NCBI GenBank assembly: GCA_001769805.1
Contig: MEPO01000027.1
Coordinates: 75,276-139,275 of the forward strand
Direction of reading: 5' to 3'
Origin: Bdellovibrionales bacterium GWA1_52_35
GTDB lineage: Bacteria; Bdellovibrionota; UBA1018
Length of the DNA: 64,000 nucleotides
Shown: in pieces, positions 15,863 to 26,253 of the stretch
Position numbering within the stretch: position 1 is the first letter of the stretch
Layout of the letters: each line of letters begins with the position of its first letter
Notes under the pieces: generated by a model
Database searches by the model: none
Told to the model about the DNA's origin: nothing
What the model saw: the letters and a program-made list of their open reading frames with translations, nothing else
Position numbers and translations under genes: made by a program

Positions 15863-18466
15863 ATGGAAAACAGACATGGAAGTTCTCGTTATTCCTCCCG
15901 GGGCCCTGTTGCTCCGCGAGAAAGCTCGACCAAAAACCCGCTGGTGGAAGTTTCAAGCATTCTGATTTTTGCGCTGAGCATCTTCACTCTTTGCGCACTT
16001 CTGACGTATGCGCCCAATGATCCCTCAATGTTCAGCAACTCCAAGGCAATCGCACAGAATTCGTGTGGTCCGGCAGGGGGATTTTTATCGGCGCTGCTGC
16101 TCCAGTGGTTTGGAATGGGTTCATTCGTGGTACCTGCCGCATTCCTGTTCATCGCGGCAACCATTTACCGGCGCGAAGGTTTGCACCGCGTGATCGGGAC
16201 GCTGGCCGGAATGACTGTCGCCGTGGTTTCACTTACCGTATTCCTGACTCTTCAATGGAAGTACTGGCCGTTTTCCGGCACCTTGCTTCTGACCGGCGGA
16301 GCCTTTGGTGCCTGGATCAGTGAACTGCTGATCCGGCAGTTCAACCCACTCGGATCCTCGATCGTTTCCCTGGTCTTCTTTTTTACGGCGCTCGCGATTT
16401 CAACTCCCGTGAGTGTCGCGAAGATGGGGGCCTACCTGATCACAGCCACGACCCGGGCGCTTTGGAAGCTTACGATCGTCGTTGGCACCTATCTTATCTA
16501 TCTTCTGGGACTGCTTGCCATGAGAACGGCTCATACCTTGGGTGATCTGGTGCAAACCCTCATCGAAGGCGCAATCCGCCGGGCCAAAGAACGAGCGAAG
16601 ATGGCCAAAGTGGTGGCGATCGCGACGGCAACCAGTGGCTCTGAACCCAAAATAGCGGCGCTTTCAACCGAACCCGCCCCGCAGCTTCCCATTACAGCGA
16701 CACAAGTATACATGTCCGACAGCTCACAACTTCCCTCGGAAGCACCTAACGCCCTGCCGGAGCTGGAACCCGGAGAACAACTTCCGCTGAAGCTCACAAG
16801 TGAACCGAGGATCCTTTCCCGCGAGCCGGTAACCGGATCGTTGAATGAAGAGAGTGATGAAACGGAACATGGGGACTCGCGCAAGGCCAGTGCGATGGCC
16901 AAAGCCGCCGCACGGCTTGCTCGCGCGGCAAGGGCCAAACGCGGGCACTGGAAGTTACCGACGGTCGACTTTCTTTGCAAGCCCCCCCGGATCGAGTCCT
17001 CTGTTGATCGCGAAAAACTCATCACCAATTCACTGGTTTTGAAGCAGAAATTTGCTGATTTCGGGATTGAAGGCGAAGTCATGGCTGTACGACCGGGCCC
17101 GGTGATCACGCTTTACGAATTCAAGCCTGGACCAGGAATAAAGGTGTCACGAATTGCCGCCCTTGCTGATGACCTGTCCATGGCGCTTTCGGCCCAAAGT
17201 GTACGTATTCTCGCGCCCCTGCCTGGCAAATCCGTGGTAGGTATTGAAATTCCGAGTGATCAGCGCGAAACGGTTTACTTGCGCGAATTCATGCAAAACA
17301 CGGACTTCTTCGGTCCGCGCCACACAATCCCCGTTGCGATGGGGAAGGATATTGGTGGTCAGACCTATATTTCGGATCTCGCGCGAATGCCGCACCTTCT
17401 TTGCGCCGGTCAGACGGGCTCTGGAAAATCCGTGTTCATGAACGGGCTGATCTGCTCACTTCTCTATCGTTTTACGCCGGATGAACTGCGCATGATCATG
17501 GTCGATCCCAAAGGCAACGAGTTCACACCTTACCAGGATATTCCGCACCTTCTTCTGCCCGTCGTGTCTGACCCCAAACATGCCAATACCGCTCTGAAGT
17601 GGACCGTCCGGGAAATGGAAAGGCGCTATCGTATTCTGGGCAAGCTCAGCGCGAGAAATCTGGCCGCATTTAACCAAAAGGTCGATGACATGGGTGCTGA
17701 TGTGATCCATGATCTTCTCTTTTCTGAAGAGAACCAGAATGATGCCGGAGGCTTGTTGTCCTCGGGTGGGAACGACTGGATCGAAGCGTTTGATCCGGAT
17801 GAATCCGGCTCGCCCAAAGTCGGCAAGCTCCCTTACATGGTCGTGATCATTGACGAGCTTGCGGATTTGATGATGACCGCCAAAAAAGAAGTCGAAATTT
17901 CGATCGCCCGTCTCGCCCAGAAAGCACGCGCGGCCGGAATTCATCTGGTTGCCGCCACCCAGCGGCCCTCGACTGATGTCATCACCGGCTTGATCAAAGC
18001 CAATCTCCCGTCGCGGGTCTCTTTTCAGCTCGCGAGCTTTGTTGATTCCAAAACCATCATTGACCGCGCGGGTGCAGAACGCCTGCTGGGTTCAGGCGAT
18101 ATGCTTTTCATACCTCCCGGCATCAACCAGACGGTTCGTCTGCACGCTGCCTATGTGAATGATGACGAGATTTCCAAGATTACCTCTTTCCTTAAATCCC
18201 AGGGCAAGCCGGCCTATCGCGAGGAGATCCTGGTCGAGCAGGATGATGAAATGGCGGAGGATGGCGAAGGAAGCGATGACCGCGACGAGATGTTTGACGA
18301 TGCGGTGGATCTGGTCAAGAGAGCCGGACACGCTTCGGCAAGCTTTCTGCAGCGTCATTTGAAAATCGGTTACAACCGGGCGGCTCGGATGATCGAAACC
18401 ATGGAAGAACGAGGAATCGTGGGCCCCGCTGATGGCGCCCGCCCTCGGGACGTACTGGTCCGTTGA
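15863..18466 (+). CDS. ftsK: DNA translocase FtsK
   Basis: N-terminal 4TM region; GPVITLYE, PHLLCAGQTGSGKS, IIDELADLM, ATQRPS, GAERLLG.GDML; gamma domain LQRHLKIGYNRAAR. Start moved to ATG 15863. Confidence 0.96.
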   Translation: MENRHGSSRYSSRGPVAPRESSTKNPLVEVSSILIFALSIFTLCALLTYAPNDPSMFSNSKAIAQNSCGPAGGFLSALLLQWFGMGSFVVPAAFLFIAATIYRREGLHRVIGTLAGMTVAVVSLTVFLTLQWKYWPFSGTLLLTGGAFGAWISELLIRQFNPLGSSIVSLVFFFTALAISTPVSVAKMGAYLITATTRALWKLTIVVGTYLIYLLGLLAMRTAHTLGDLVQTLIEGAIRRAKERAKMAKVVAIATATSGSEPKIAALSTEPAPQLPITATQVYMSDSSQLPSEAPNALPELEPGEQLPLKLTSEPRILSREPVTGSLNEESDETEHGDSRKASAMAKAAARLARAARAKRGHWKLPTVDFLCKPPRIESSVDREKLITNSLVLKQKFADFGIEGEVMAVRPGPVITLYEFKPGPGIKVSRIAALADDLSMALSAQSVRILAPLPGKSVVGIEIPSDQRETVYLREFMQNTDFFGPRHTIPVAMGKDIGGQTYISDLARMPHLLCAGQTGSGKSVFMNGLICSLLYRFTPDELRMIMVDPKGNEFTPYQDIPHLLLPVVSDPKHANTALKWTVREMERRYRILGKLSARNLAAFNQKVDDMGADVIHDLLFSEENQNDAGGLLSSGGNDWIEAFDPDESGSPKVGKLPYMVVIIDELADLMMTAKKEVEISIARLAQKARAAGIHLVAATQRPSTDVITGLIKANLPSRVSFQLASFVDSKTIIDRAGAERLLGSGDMLFIPPGINQTVRLHAAYVNDDEISKITSFLKSQGKPAYREEILVEQDDEMAEDGEGSDDRDEMFDDAVDLVKRAGHASASFLQRHLKIGYNRAARMIETMEERGIVGPADGARPRDVLVR

Positions 18467-18492
18467 CCTGGAGATAAATTTGGGGTTAGCCT

Positions 18493-18783
18493 TTGATAGT
18501 GGCACGCATCAACAAATATTCCCTGATTTTTTCCGCTGTTTGCGTTCTGAACCTCGTGCAGAGTCATGCGACAGAGCCGCAAAGTACCCCGAGCCCGGCA
18601 GCTCCCGCGGTTGTCCAGACAGCTCCGTTGGAAACAAAAGCGAAAAGCCCGAAAGGCGGCAAGAAGTCCCGTGAAAAAGAAGCCACAGAAGGTACGGAAG
18701 CCCTCGACCGCTTCGAAGCGAACACCATCATCAAAAGCCGGTACAATCTCGACGGCCAGCAGCTCGAAGTGGACCCGGATTGA
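18493..18783 (+). CDS. Small exported hypothetical protein
   Basis: Signal-peptide-like N-terminus, P/A/T-rich linker, compact C-terminus (EGTEALDRFEANTIIKSRYNLDGQQLEVDPD); fills the ftsK-cca gap. Confidence 0.6.
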   Translation: MIVARINKYSLIFSAVCVLNLVQSHATEPQSTPSPAAPAVVQTAPLETKAKSPKGGKKSREKEATEGTEALDRFEANTIIKSRYNLDGQQLEVDPD

Positions 18784-20125
18784 CCGGCCATTCCCACTAC
18801 CGGGCTATGTCAAAGAGGCAATGGAACGCCTCGACCGTGCGGGTCACGCCGCTTTCATCGTAGGTGGAAGTGTTCGAGACTTCTTCCTGGGGCGTATAAA
18901 CAAGGATCATGACATCGCAACGAGCGCCAGCCCCGAGGAACTCTGCCGGATTTTCCCGGAAGCAATCACCGTAGGCAAGGCCTTCGGGGTGCTTAAAATT
19001 CCGCTGGCCGAAGGAAACGGCGCCTTGTTTCTGGAAGTTGCCACTTTTCGAGAAGATCTCGAGTACGAGGACCACCGTCATCCCAAGCGGGTCCGTTTTG
19101 CCGGACCGGATGAAGACGCAAGCCGGCGCGACTTCACGATTAACGCCATGTACTTTGATCCCAAGACTTCGCGCCTTCTGGACCCGACAGGGGGAATGGC
19201 CGACCTGAAGGCCAGGACTGTTCGGGCGATCGGGACACCTTCGCTGCGCTTCAAAGAAGATGCGCTCCGGCTCCTGCGCGCGATCCGCTTCACCGCTGGT
19301 CTGGATTTCATGCTGGAAGAGAATACTTCCGCGGCTATTCGCGAAAAAGCCCGGTTGATCAAACATGTCAGTGCCGAGCGGATCAGGGACGAACTAACCC
19401 TGATTCTGACCGGACCACATCCGGAGTTTGCGCTGGAGTTGATGATGAAACTGGATCTACTCCGGTTTGTTCTTCCGGAACTGGAGGCTTTGAAGGGTGT
19501 CCGCCAGTCGCCACTTTATCATCCTGAAGGAGACGCCTGGGTACATACGCTCAAAGCCATGCAATTTTTGAAAGTGCAGAACACAAGCCGTTCCAGCACC
19601 CTGGCGTGGGGAACACTGCTTCACGATATCGGGAAAGCAACTGCTGCTGAACGCAACAATGGTGAGAACTTCAACGGGCACGAACTGGACGGGGCCAAGC
19701 TCGCTCTTGGAATCACGTTGCGGCTGAAGATGTCCGGCGAGGATTCCGAGCGCATACGGATGCTGGTTCTCGAGCACCTGAAGTTCAAAGACGTTTTTGC
19801 GATGCGCGAGTCCACCTTGCAGCGGTTCATAAGACAACCTCATTTTCCGGAACTGCTTGCACTCCACAAGGCCGATTCAGCCGCCTCCGATGGTAATCTC
19901 GCGTTCTATGAATTCTGCCGAAGCCGTCTGGAAGCCAATCTGAAAAACCAGGGGCATAACTTTCTTCCAAAGCTCGTGGACGGCAACGATCTGATTCAGC
20001 TTGGATTGAAGCCCGGACCGGAATTTACGGCAATTCTGCGGACTATTGAGGATCTTGCCCTTGAACACAAGATTCACACCAAAGAAGAGGCGCTCGAATA
20101 CGTCATCAGACAATTCGTCACTTGA
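18779..20125 (+). CDS. cca: CCA tRNA nucleotidyltransferase with HD domain
   Basis: VGGSVRD..D.DIAT, EVATFR, RRDFTINA, EDALRLLRA, SAERI; HD region HPEGD..H, LLHDIGK. Start uncertain (ATT 18779 or ATG 18821). Confidence 0.9.
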   Translation: MDRPFPLPGYVKEAMERLDRAGHAAFIVGGSVRDFFLGRINKDHDIATSASPEELCRIFPEAITVGKAFGVLKIPLAEGNGALFLEVATFREDLEYEDHRHPKRVRFAGPDEDASRRDFTINAMYFDPKTSRLLDPTGGMADLKARTVRAIGTPSLRFKEDALRLLRAIRFTAGLDFMLEENTSAAIREKARLIKHVSAERIRDELTLILTGPHPEFALELMMKLDLLRFVLPELEALKGVRQSPLYHPEGDAWVHTLKAMQFLKVQNTSRSSTLAWGTLLHDIGKATAAERNNGENFNGHELDGAKLALGITLRLKMSGEDSERIRMLVLEHLKFKDVFAMRESTLQRFIRQPHFPELLALHKADSAASDGNLAFYEFCRSRLEANLKNQGHNFLPKLVDGNDLIQLGLKPGPEFTAILRTIEDLALEHKIHTKEEALEYVIRQFVT

Positions 20126-20429
20126 CGACGGTGAGCAGCGATCGGGCGGCCTCCTCCGAAAGCTCGACACAGAACACATCTTTGATTTTGGAACCCTCAC
20201 CCCGGAGGATCTGGATTCGAGAAAGAGGAATTGAAAGCATCTTCTTCAAAAACCGGCAGAGTTCTTCGTTCGCGGCGCCCTCCACGGGTGGGGCGGCGAT
20301 TCTGATTTTCAGCCGCGGCGGATCGCCGTGCGTTCCCACCACTTCGGTCCGGGAAGCTTTGGGCTGAATCTGCAGTTTCAGGATCACGCCGTTTCCGACC
20401 ACCTCATACCAACTGGACAAATCAGCCAT
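20118..20429 (-). CDS. DUF167/YggU family protein
   Basis: IQPKASR, LKIRIAAPPVEGAANEEL, GEGSKIK. Confidence 0.92.
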   Translation of the reverse strand: MADLSSWYEVVGNGVILKLQIQPKASRTEVVGTHGDPPRLKIRIAAPPVEGAANEELCRFLKKMLSIPLSRIQILRGEGSKIKDVFCVELSEEAARSLLTVVK

Positions 20430-21966
20430 CTTCACTCTCCAACAGGCGTTTGATCCGGTTACGATCAGGCTCGATCATCAAAGTTTTGTTATGGGTGTAA
20501 GAGGCTTCCGTCGAATCTTTAATCCTTTTGACGTATTTTTTGAAGGTGTAATCGACTTCCGTTTTGCCCCAGTCTTCTCCGCCGCTGTAATGAACCACCA
20601 AATTGGCGGCATCCAACAAGGTTTCAAGGGGGGCCGATTTTCCGGGCTGCAATTGGATCAGAACATGTGCACCGGGCCGACCCCGCAGATGAAGCCAAAG
20701 ATCATTTCCCCGGGCGACCTTGAAGGTGAGTTCCAGATTCTCCGCCCGGCTCCGTCCCACGAGAATCTGAACCCCGTCTTTGGAAACAAAATTGCGCCCG
20801 GCCCAGAACTCCTTTTTTTTACCGGTAGAACTCTGCTTTTCCGCAACCGGTATCGTCCCTTGCGTGGCAATTCTCTCAAGTTGTTCCAGCCCTTCCCAGT
20901 TTTCTGTATCCGGAGGAGAAGCCAGGGCGCGCAAATAACCTTCCTTCATCTGCGTGAATCTTTGAATCCGGCTCTGCGCCTCTTCAATCCTGCGCGTTTT
21001 CCTTTTGGCGTTCTGATAGAATTTTGCAACCTGCTGCTGTGGATTCAGCTTCGGATCACACGGAATTTCCCGGGGTGTCTCTGTGGCGTAATCGATAAGA
21101 ACCCGGACATTGCTGGAATTGAGGGCCGGCGGCTCGGGAAGATGGACTTTCAGAAGATCTCCGTACGCCTGCCAGTCCGGTTCTGCATTGGCCTGACTGA
21201 CAGCGGCCTCGGATTGGCGGATCCGGTCGCTGAGCTGCGCAGTATTTTCACTTAAGGTCTTGTGGGCCAGGCGCAATCGATCAAGAAATGCTTCTGCTTT
21301 CAAACCAGCTTCAATCACTCCCGTCCAACTCTCGAGCGGGTGGGTTGCTTCGCTCAGCTCCGGGCGAACTGGGGGATGGACCGGTGCCCCGACGCCATCC
21401 GGGACAAAATACAGACCCAGTGCTTCCGGTTTAAGCTGGCGGGAACGCGCGAGAATCTGCCAGCCAGGCTTCCGCCTCCCATCGGGAAGCACTTCGGCCT
21501 GGACCAGAAGAGCTTCCGGCGCTGCCGGAATCAAGATCAAGACAAGACCCAACTGAGATCCTTCACTGGAGGCCTCCACTTTGCCAAACCAGAACGAACA
21601 GACCCGCTCCCGTTCGATCACTTCCACGGATTGGATTTTAACTCCGCGCAGATACTTGGACAGGCTCAGATCAAAAACCGAATGCGTTGCACGCGCCGAA
21701 GCTTTCGGTCCCTTGCCCGGGACCCAAGCCACGTAAGGATGCCGGGCCCGCACACTGAAGAGGACGCCACCTTCCGTGCGTTTTCCAGAAAGCCGCAAAA
21801 ACCATTCTCCCTTGATGAATTCCGCGGGGAAATACTTCCGCTCGGGAACAATCAGCTTTTCTACAAACAGGCCCGTAGCCAGGGGTGCCATTTTACTGAT
21901 CAAAAGCGCAAGCTCCCGCCAATTCAGAACAGGTGGTTTGAGGGTGGGAAGGTCAGGCGGTACCAT
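20422..21966 (-). CDS. NFACT/FbpA (RqcH-like) protein with C-terminal NFACT-R domain
   Basis: GDLL, DPKLNPQQQVAKFY..AK, ILVGRS..EN..LT, DLWLH..G.PGAHV, VDYT..KYV; start approximate. Confidence 0.85.
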   Translation of the reverse strand: MVPPDLPTLKPPVLNWRELALLISKMAPLATGLFVEKLIVPERKYFPAEFIKGEWFLRLSGKRTEGGVLFSVRARHPYVAWVPGKGPKASARATHSVFDLSLSKYLRGVKIQSVEVIERERVCSFWFGKVEASSEGSQLGLVLILIPAAPEALLVQAEVLPDGRRKPGWQILARSRQLKPEALGLYFVPDGVGAPVHPPVRPELSEATHPLESWTGVIEAGLKAEAFLDRLRLAHKTLSENTAQLSDRIRQSEAAVSQANAEPDWQAYGDLLKVHLPEPPALNSSNVRVLIDYATETPREIPCDPKLNPQQQVAKFYQNAKRKTRRIEEAQSRIQRFTQMKEGYLRALASPPDTENWEGLEQLERIATQGTIPVAEKQSSTGKKKEFWAGRNFVSKDGVQILVGRSRAENLELTFKVARGNDLWLHLRGRPGAHVLIQLQPGKSAPLETLLDAANLVVHYSGGEDWGKTEVDYTFKKYVKRIKDSTEASYTHNKTLMIEPDRNRIKRLLESEDG

Positions 21967-22020
21967 TAGTGGGATTCTATGCGGTCCCATGCTAAGCTGA
22001 AAGGCCAAATGCCAACACCC

Positions 22021-23307
22021 ATGACACAGAAGAAAAAAGTCTGGCGATTGAAATCTGGTGCAGACCGACGCTTTCGCGCAGGTCACCCCTGGATTTATTC
22101 CAATGAACTACTGGAAAGTCCCAAGGGGATTGCCCCCGGGGAGGAAATTGAGCTGCAAGATGCTGGAGGAAAATTCCTGGCCCATGGCTATGGAAATCCA
22201 AGTTCTTTGATTGCCTTCCGCACCGTGACGCGCGATTCAACGAATTCCGAACCTCTTTCGGCGGCGGCGCTTGCACAAACTTTCACAAACGCCAAAGCCT
22301 TGCGCATCCTGGCCGGACTCAAAGACGCAAGCCATCGTCTGTGCTTCGGCGAGGCCGATCGTCTTCCGGGCCTCATTATTGACCGGTACTTGCTGAGCGG
22401 TGGCGAACAGCTTTTCGCTGTTCAGGCGCATACCGCCGGAATGGATCGCAGCCTACCCAATATCTATAAAGCCCTGGAGGCTCTCGCGATCGCGGGAGAC
22501 GCCTGGGACCGGACCGGAATCGTCCTGCGCAACGATATCAACATCCGAAAGCTTGAAGGACTTGAACCCGAGCCAGCCCGCACGGTTCGGCCTCTTGCGG
22601 GTATCGACCTGACCAAAGCCCGGATTTTGATTCTCGGCGCGTTAAGTGGAACCATCGAATTTGAAACAGATCTGCTTGAGGGCCAGAAAACCGGCTTTTT
22701 TCTGGATCAGGGATCAAACATCCAACTCGCCACACGAAAACTTTCGAACCTCTTGCCCGAAAAACCCAAGGAACCGCTAAAAATCCTCGATCTCTGCTGT
22801 TACGTCGGACAATGGAGCACCCAGTTGACCCACGCTTTCCGTCAAAGAGGACTCCAGGTGGATGTCACCCTGGTGGATGCGTCTGCCGCAGCCCTGGAAC
22901 GTGCAACAAAGAATGTCGAATCCCAAGGTGCTCAGTCCAAAGTGATGAAAGCCAACGTACTGGATGGCCTCACCGGGCTCCCCGATCGGAGTTTTGACCT
23001 GATTATTTGTGACCCCCCCGCCCTGATCAAAGGTCGCAAAGACCTGCACGCGGGCGCGCATGCTTATTTGCAATTGAACACACAGGTGTTTCGACTAATT
23101 CGCGCAGGAGGCGCTGTTGTCTCGTGCTCCTGTTCGGCGCTTTTTGAAGAAGCGCATTTTCAGCAGGTTCTTGCGAAGGCGGCCAATCGCAATCATAGAC
23201 GCGCTCAGTGGATTGCACGCGGCAGCCAGGGGCCAGATCATCCGATGCTGACGGAATTCCCGGAAGGCCAGTACCTGAAATGCTGGATCAGCGGCGTGGA
23301 TTGCTGA
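22021..23307 (+). CDS. rlmI: RlmI-like class I SAM rRNA methyltransferase (PUA domain)
   Basis: GHPWIYSNE, GEADRLPGLIIDRY, GQKTGFFLDQ, DPPAL, SCS, DHP, EGQYLK; start 22009 or 22021. Confidence 0.88.
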   Translation: MTQKKKVWRLKSGADRRFRAGHPWIYSNELLESPKGIAPGEEIELQDAGGKFLAHGYGNPSSLIAFRTVTRDSTNSEPLSAAALAQTFTNAKALRILAGLKDASHRLCFGEADRLPGLIIDRYLLSGGEQLFAVQAHTAGMDRSLPNIYKALEALAIAGDAWDRTGIVLRNDINIRKLEGLEPEPARTVRPLAGIDLTKARILILGALSGTIEFETDLLEGQKTGFFLDQGSNIQLATRKLSNLLPEKPKEPLKILDLCCYVGQWSTQLTHAFRQRGLQVDVTLVDASAAALERATKNVESQGAQSKVMKANVLDGLTGLPDRSFDLIICDPPALIKGRKDLHAGAHAYLQLNTQVFRLIRAGGAVVSCSCSALFEEAHFQQVLAKAANRNHRRAQWIARGSQGPDHPMLTEFPEGQYLKCWISGVDC

Positions 23308-23485
23308 AGCGCTGTACGTCCGCAATACGAGCCTTTCAAAAAGCAAAGTTTCCCGGAAAAGTCCGGCCCCGTCGTTGTTCTAACTCCTCATATTACACGC
23401 ATATTTTGCTGTGCAGCGATGGCATGCCGATTGCTCTTCACTCAACCGGCTTTCCAATCATTTGCTTCTCGGGGGAGATATATTC

Positions 23486-24322
23486 ATGTTGAAGTCAGCT
23501 TTTGTTTTCTGCATCGCCGTCTTGGGAATTACCGCTCTGGCCTCAGAGGCCTATCAGAACGAAGGGGCCGATATCCAGCTCACTCAAATCATTAGCGGTA
23601 AAACTGTATTCGAAAAAAGAACAACCGTCGTGCCAATGGCCCTTTGCACCAGGGAACCCTGCCGCAAGCCCGAGATTTACTGGAGTCTGGTCGTTTACAA
23701 TCAGGAAACCCACTACGAAGTGAATCAGATATTCGGAATCGGCAGTCGCACTCCTCCAGCGAAAGTCGCCTTGGCTGGTGCAGAAATTCACGAGGGAACT
23801 CTTGTGGAAATCGAAGGCCGGGTGAACCCGATCAGCCGTGAATACGCCATCGTCTCTGAAATCAGTCGTGCCGAGGTCATTGATGGTTCAGAACCGATGG
23901 ATCCTGCCGCCTCGAACATCCTGTCCGATGCCTACAGCTGGATGTGCCAGAGCCCCTCCGGAGAAAGCCCCCGGATCTATGCGAATGTCCGTTATCTCCG
24001 TGATCAGAAGCAGACTCGCCCCGACGAGAAGAATTACTACATGGCCATTTCGATGTGCAAAAATCCGGATGGACTCTCCTTTCTGCCCATTGCGGAACTT
24101 GAAAACGTGAAATCTTCTCATGATGATCTCCAGATCACCTATACCGGTGGTGACCAGGGCGATGGCCAAGGCCATGGGATGATGGTCGAACTGACGATCG
24201 AAAAAAATCCAGATCGGATGTTTGATTTGCCTGCCAAGCTGACCCTCACCCACACCCGGAGAGCCGCCGTGGAAGATGCGCTTCAGATATATCCACTGAC
24301 CTGCACCCGTACCCGACTTTAA
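23486..24322 (+). CDS. Secreted hypothetical protein
   Basis: GGGGGAG RBS, signal peptide MLKSAFVFCIAVLGITALA, several Cys residues. Confidence 0.7.
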   Translation: MLKSAFVFCIAVLGITALASEAYQNEGADIQLTQIISGKTVFEKRTTVVPMALCTREPCRKPEIYWSLVVYNQETHYEVNQIFGIGSRTPPAKVALAGAEIHEGTLVEIEGRVNPISREYAIVSEISRAEVIDGSEPMDPAASNILSDAYSWMCQSPSGESPRIYANVRYLRDQKQTRPDEKNYYMAISMCKNPDGLSFLPIAELENVKSSHDDLQITYTGGDQGDGQGHGMMVELTIEKNPDRMFDLPAKLTLTHTRRAAVEDALQIYPLTCTRTRL

Positions 24323-24368
24323 CTGAGTTCACTGGACGGGCCTGTAAAAAACTGGTAGCCCCTCTGTC

Positions 24369-25517
24369 ATGTCAGAGCAGTACGAGTTTTTTGCAACTAC
24401 CGCTAAAGGAATTGAACCCCTGCTTTCAGCCGAACTTGCGCAAATGGGGGCAACCCAGGTTGAGCCGGCTCGCGCCGGAGCCAAATTTCGAGGCAGCCTG
24501 GCAACCGCTTACCGCGCCTGTCTCTGGTCTCGGACCGCCAATCGGGTACTTCTGCCTGTGAAATCCTTTCCTGCTCCCAATCCCGAGAAGCTTTACGGCG
24601 GCGTGAAGTCCATCCGTTGGTCCGATCACATTTCATCCAAGGGGACCCTCGCCGTCGATTTTGCCTCAAACGAGTCACAGATCACCCACACGCATTTTGG
24701 CGCCTTGAAAGTCAAAGATGCCATTGTCGATCAACTCCGGAGCACAGAGGGCGAAAGACCTTCTATCGATACCACTATACCTGACGTGCGGGTCAACGTT
24801 TACCTGCATAAAGATATCGCCACCGTCAATATCGATCTCTCCGGAGAAAGTCTGCACCGCCGCGGTTATCGGCAACAGGGCGTCTTTGCACCGCTGAAGG
24901 AAAATCTGGCGGCGGCGATTCTCGCCATTACCGGCTGGAAAGATCCTTCGGAAGAAACGTGCTTTCTGGACCCCATGTGCGGTTCGGGCACGCTTCCCAT
25001 AGAAGCCGCTCTCATCGCCTGCAAAATTGCTCCTGGACTTCGCCGTGACTATTACGGGTTCAACAAATGGAAAGGCCATGTTCCAAAAATCTGGAGCGAG
25101 CTGATGGAGGAAGCCAGGGATCTTGTGATCCGGGACCCCAAGAAGCTGCCTAAAATTCTGGGCTATGATCTGGATGCCCGCGCAATCAAAATTTCGATCG
25201 GAAACGCGGAACGCGCGGGACTTCGGGATTTAATTCGCTTCGAAAGAATGGATCTGCTTGAGGTTCAATCACAGGGCCCCAAAGGCGTGATTGTCGTCAA
25301 CCCACCCTACGGTGAACGCCTCGGAGAAGAGGAAGCCCTCAAGCCACTTTACCGTTCCATTGGTGATCTTTTCAAACAAAAGTTCAAAGGCTGGAATGGT
25401 TTCGTTTTTACCGGGAATCCTCAACTTGCCAAAAATGTCGGCTTGAAGGCGTCCAGAAGGCATGTCCTGTACAACGGCGCGCTGGAATGCAGATTGCTCC
25501 AGTACGATCTTTACTGA
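24369..25517 (+). CDS. rlmL: THUMP-domain 23S rRNA m2G methyltransferase (RlmL-like)
   Basis: LWSRTANRVL, SLHRRGYR, APLKENLAA, DPMCGSGT, NPPYGERL. Confidence 0.92.
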   Translation: MSEQYEFFATTAKGIEPLLSAELAQMGATQVEPARAGAKFRGSLATAYRACLWSRTANRVLLPVKSFPAPNPEKLYGGVKSIRWSDHISSKGTLAVDFASNESQITHTHFGALKVKDAIVDQLRSTEGERPSIDTTIPDVRVNVYLHKDIATVNIDLSGESLHRRGYRQQGVFAPLKENLAAAILAITGWKDPSEETCFLDPMCGSGTLPIEAALIACKIAPGLRRDYYGFNKWKGHVPKIWSELMEEARDLVIRDPKKLPKILGYDLDARAIKISIGNAERAGLRDLIRFERMDLLEVQSQGPKGVIVVNPPYGERLGEEEALKPLYRSIGDLFKQKFKGWNGFVFTGNPQLAKNVGLKASRRHVLYNGALECRLLQYDLY

Positions 25518-26170
25518 ACGACCCGCTCGACGACTTTGCGAATACCTTCAAAAATTTGAAAAAGCGGCGCCCCCTCGCACATGTAGGCCGGTGTCGAGGC
25601 GATTTTATTTCGGGCATCATAATGACACTCGTCGGCTTTGCAGACAAAATGCTCATGCCCCAGCTTCTCGATTTCCACTGAAGCGTCCCCCTGCTCTCCC
25701 AACGTTAATTCCAGCGGATGGCACTTGAACGCGAGAGCAAGAATTGCGGGCGCAATGCAAATCGCGCCAATCGGTTTTCCCGCTTTATGAAAATCAATCA
25801 AAATGGCTTTCAGATCGGGGCGAACCTCTCCCTGGGCCCCTTGAAACGCAAACGAACATAAGTTTTTAGCAGCACCATACCCGCCAGGCAAAACAATGCC
25901 CGCGTAATGCGACGCATCCGTGACGAGTTGTTTCAACGGCAAAACGTCACCTCGCGCAATTCTCGAGGATTCGATCAACATATTGCGTCGCTCGCCAGTA
26001 ACCGCTTGTCCAGTCATGCAGTTGACCACATCCACCTGGTCACCGTCCGGGGCAAAACATTGAACGGAAACGGGGAATTGACTAAGGGCCCAGAGAACCG
26101 CCACAGATTCCCGAATTTCGCTCCCGTCCCGATAGCCACTCCCGCACAAGACAACGGCAATTTTTTTCAT
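25511..26170 (-). CDS. elbB: Glyoxalase ElbB (DJ-1/PfpI family)
   Basis: MKKIAVVL.GSG..DGSEI.E, ESSRIARG, PGGYGAAKNL, CIAP, STPAYM. Confidence 0.92.
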   Translation of the reverse strand: MKKIAVVLCGSGYRDGSEIRESVAVLWALSQFPVSVQCFAPDGDQVDVVNCMTGQAVTGERRNMLIESSRIARGDVLPLKQLVTDASHYAGIVLPGGYGAAKNLCSFAFQGAQGEVRPDLKAILIDFHKAGKPIGAICIAPAILALAFKCHPLELTLGEQGDASVEIEKLGHEHFVCKADECHYDARNKIASTPAYMCEGAPLFQIFEGIRKVVERVVQ

Positions 26171-26253
26171 AACCAAAGGATACTTCATTTGCTGACGGAA
26201 CAAAATGACTCTTGCGCGCAACCTCTTGTCCAGAGGATAAAGGTAGTTTGGGT

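Noticed and set aside
18566..18778. K/R-rich N-terminal extension of the CCA enzyme
   Set aside because: Looks like the shifted frame of the 96-aa exported ORF
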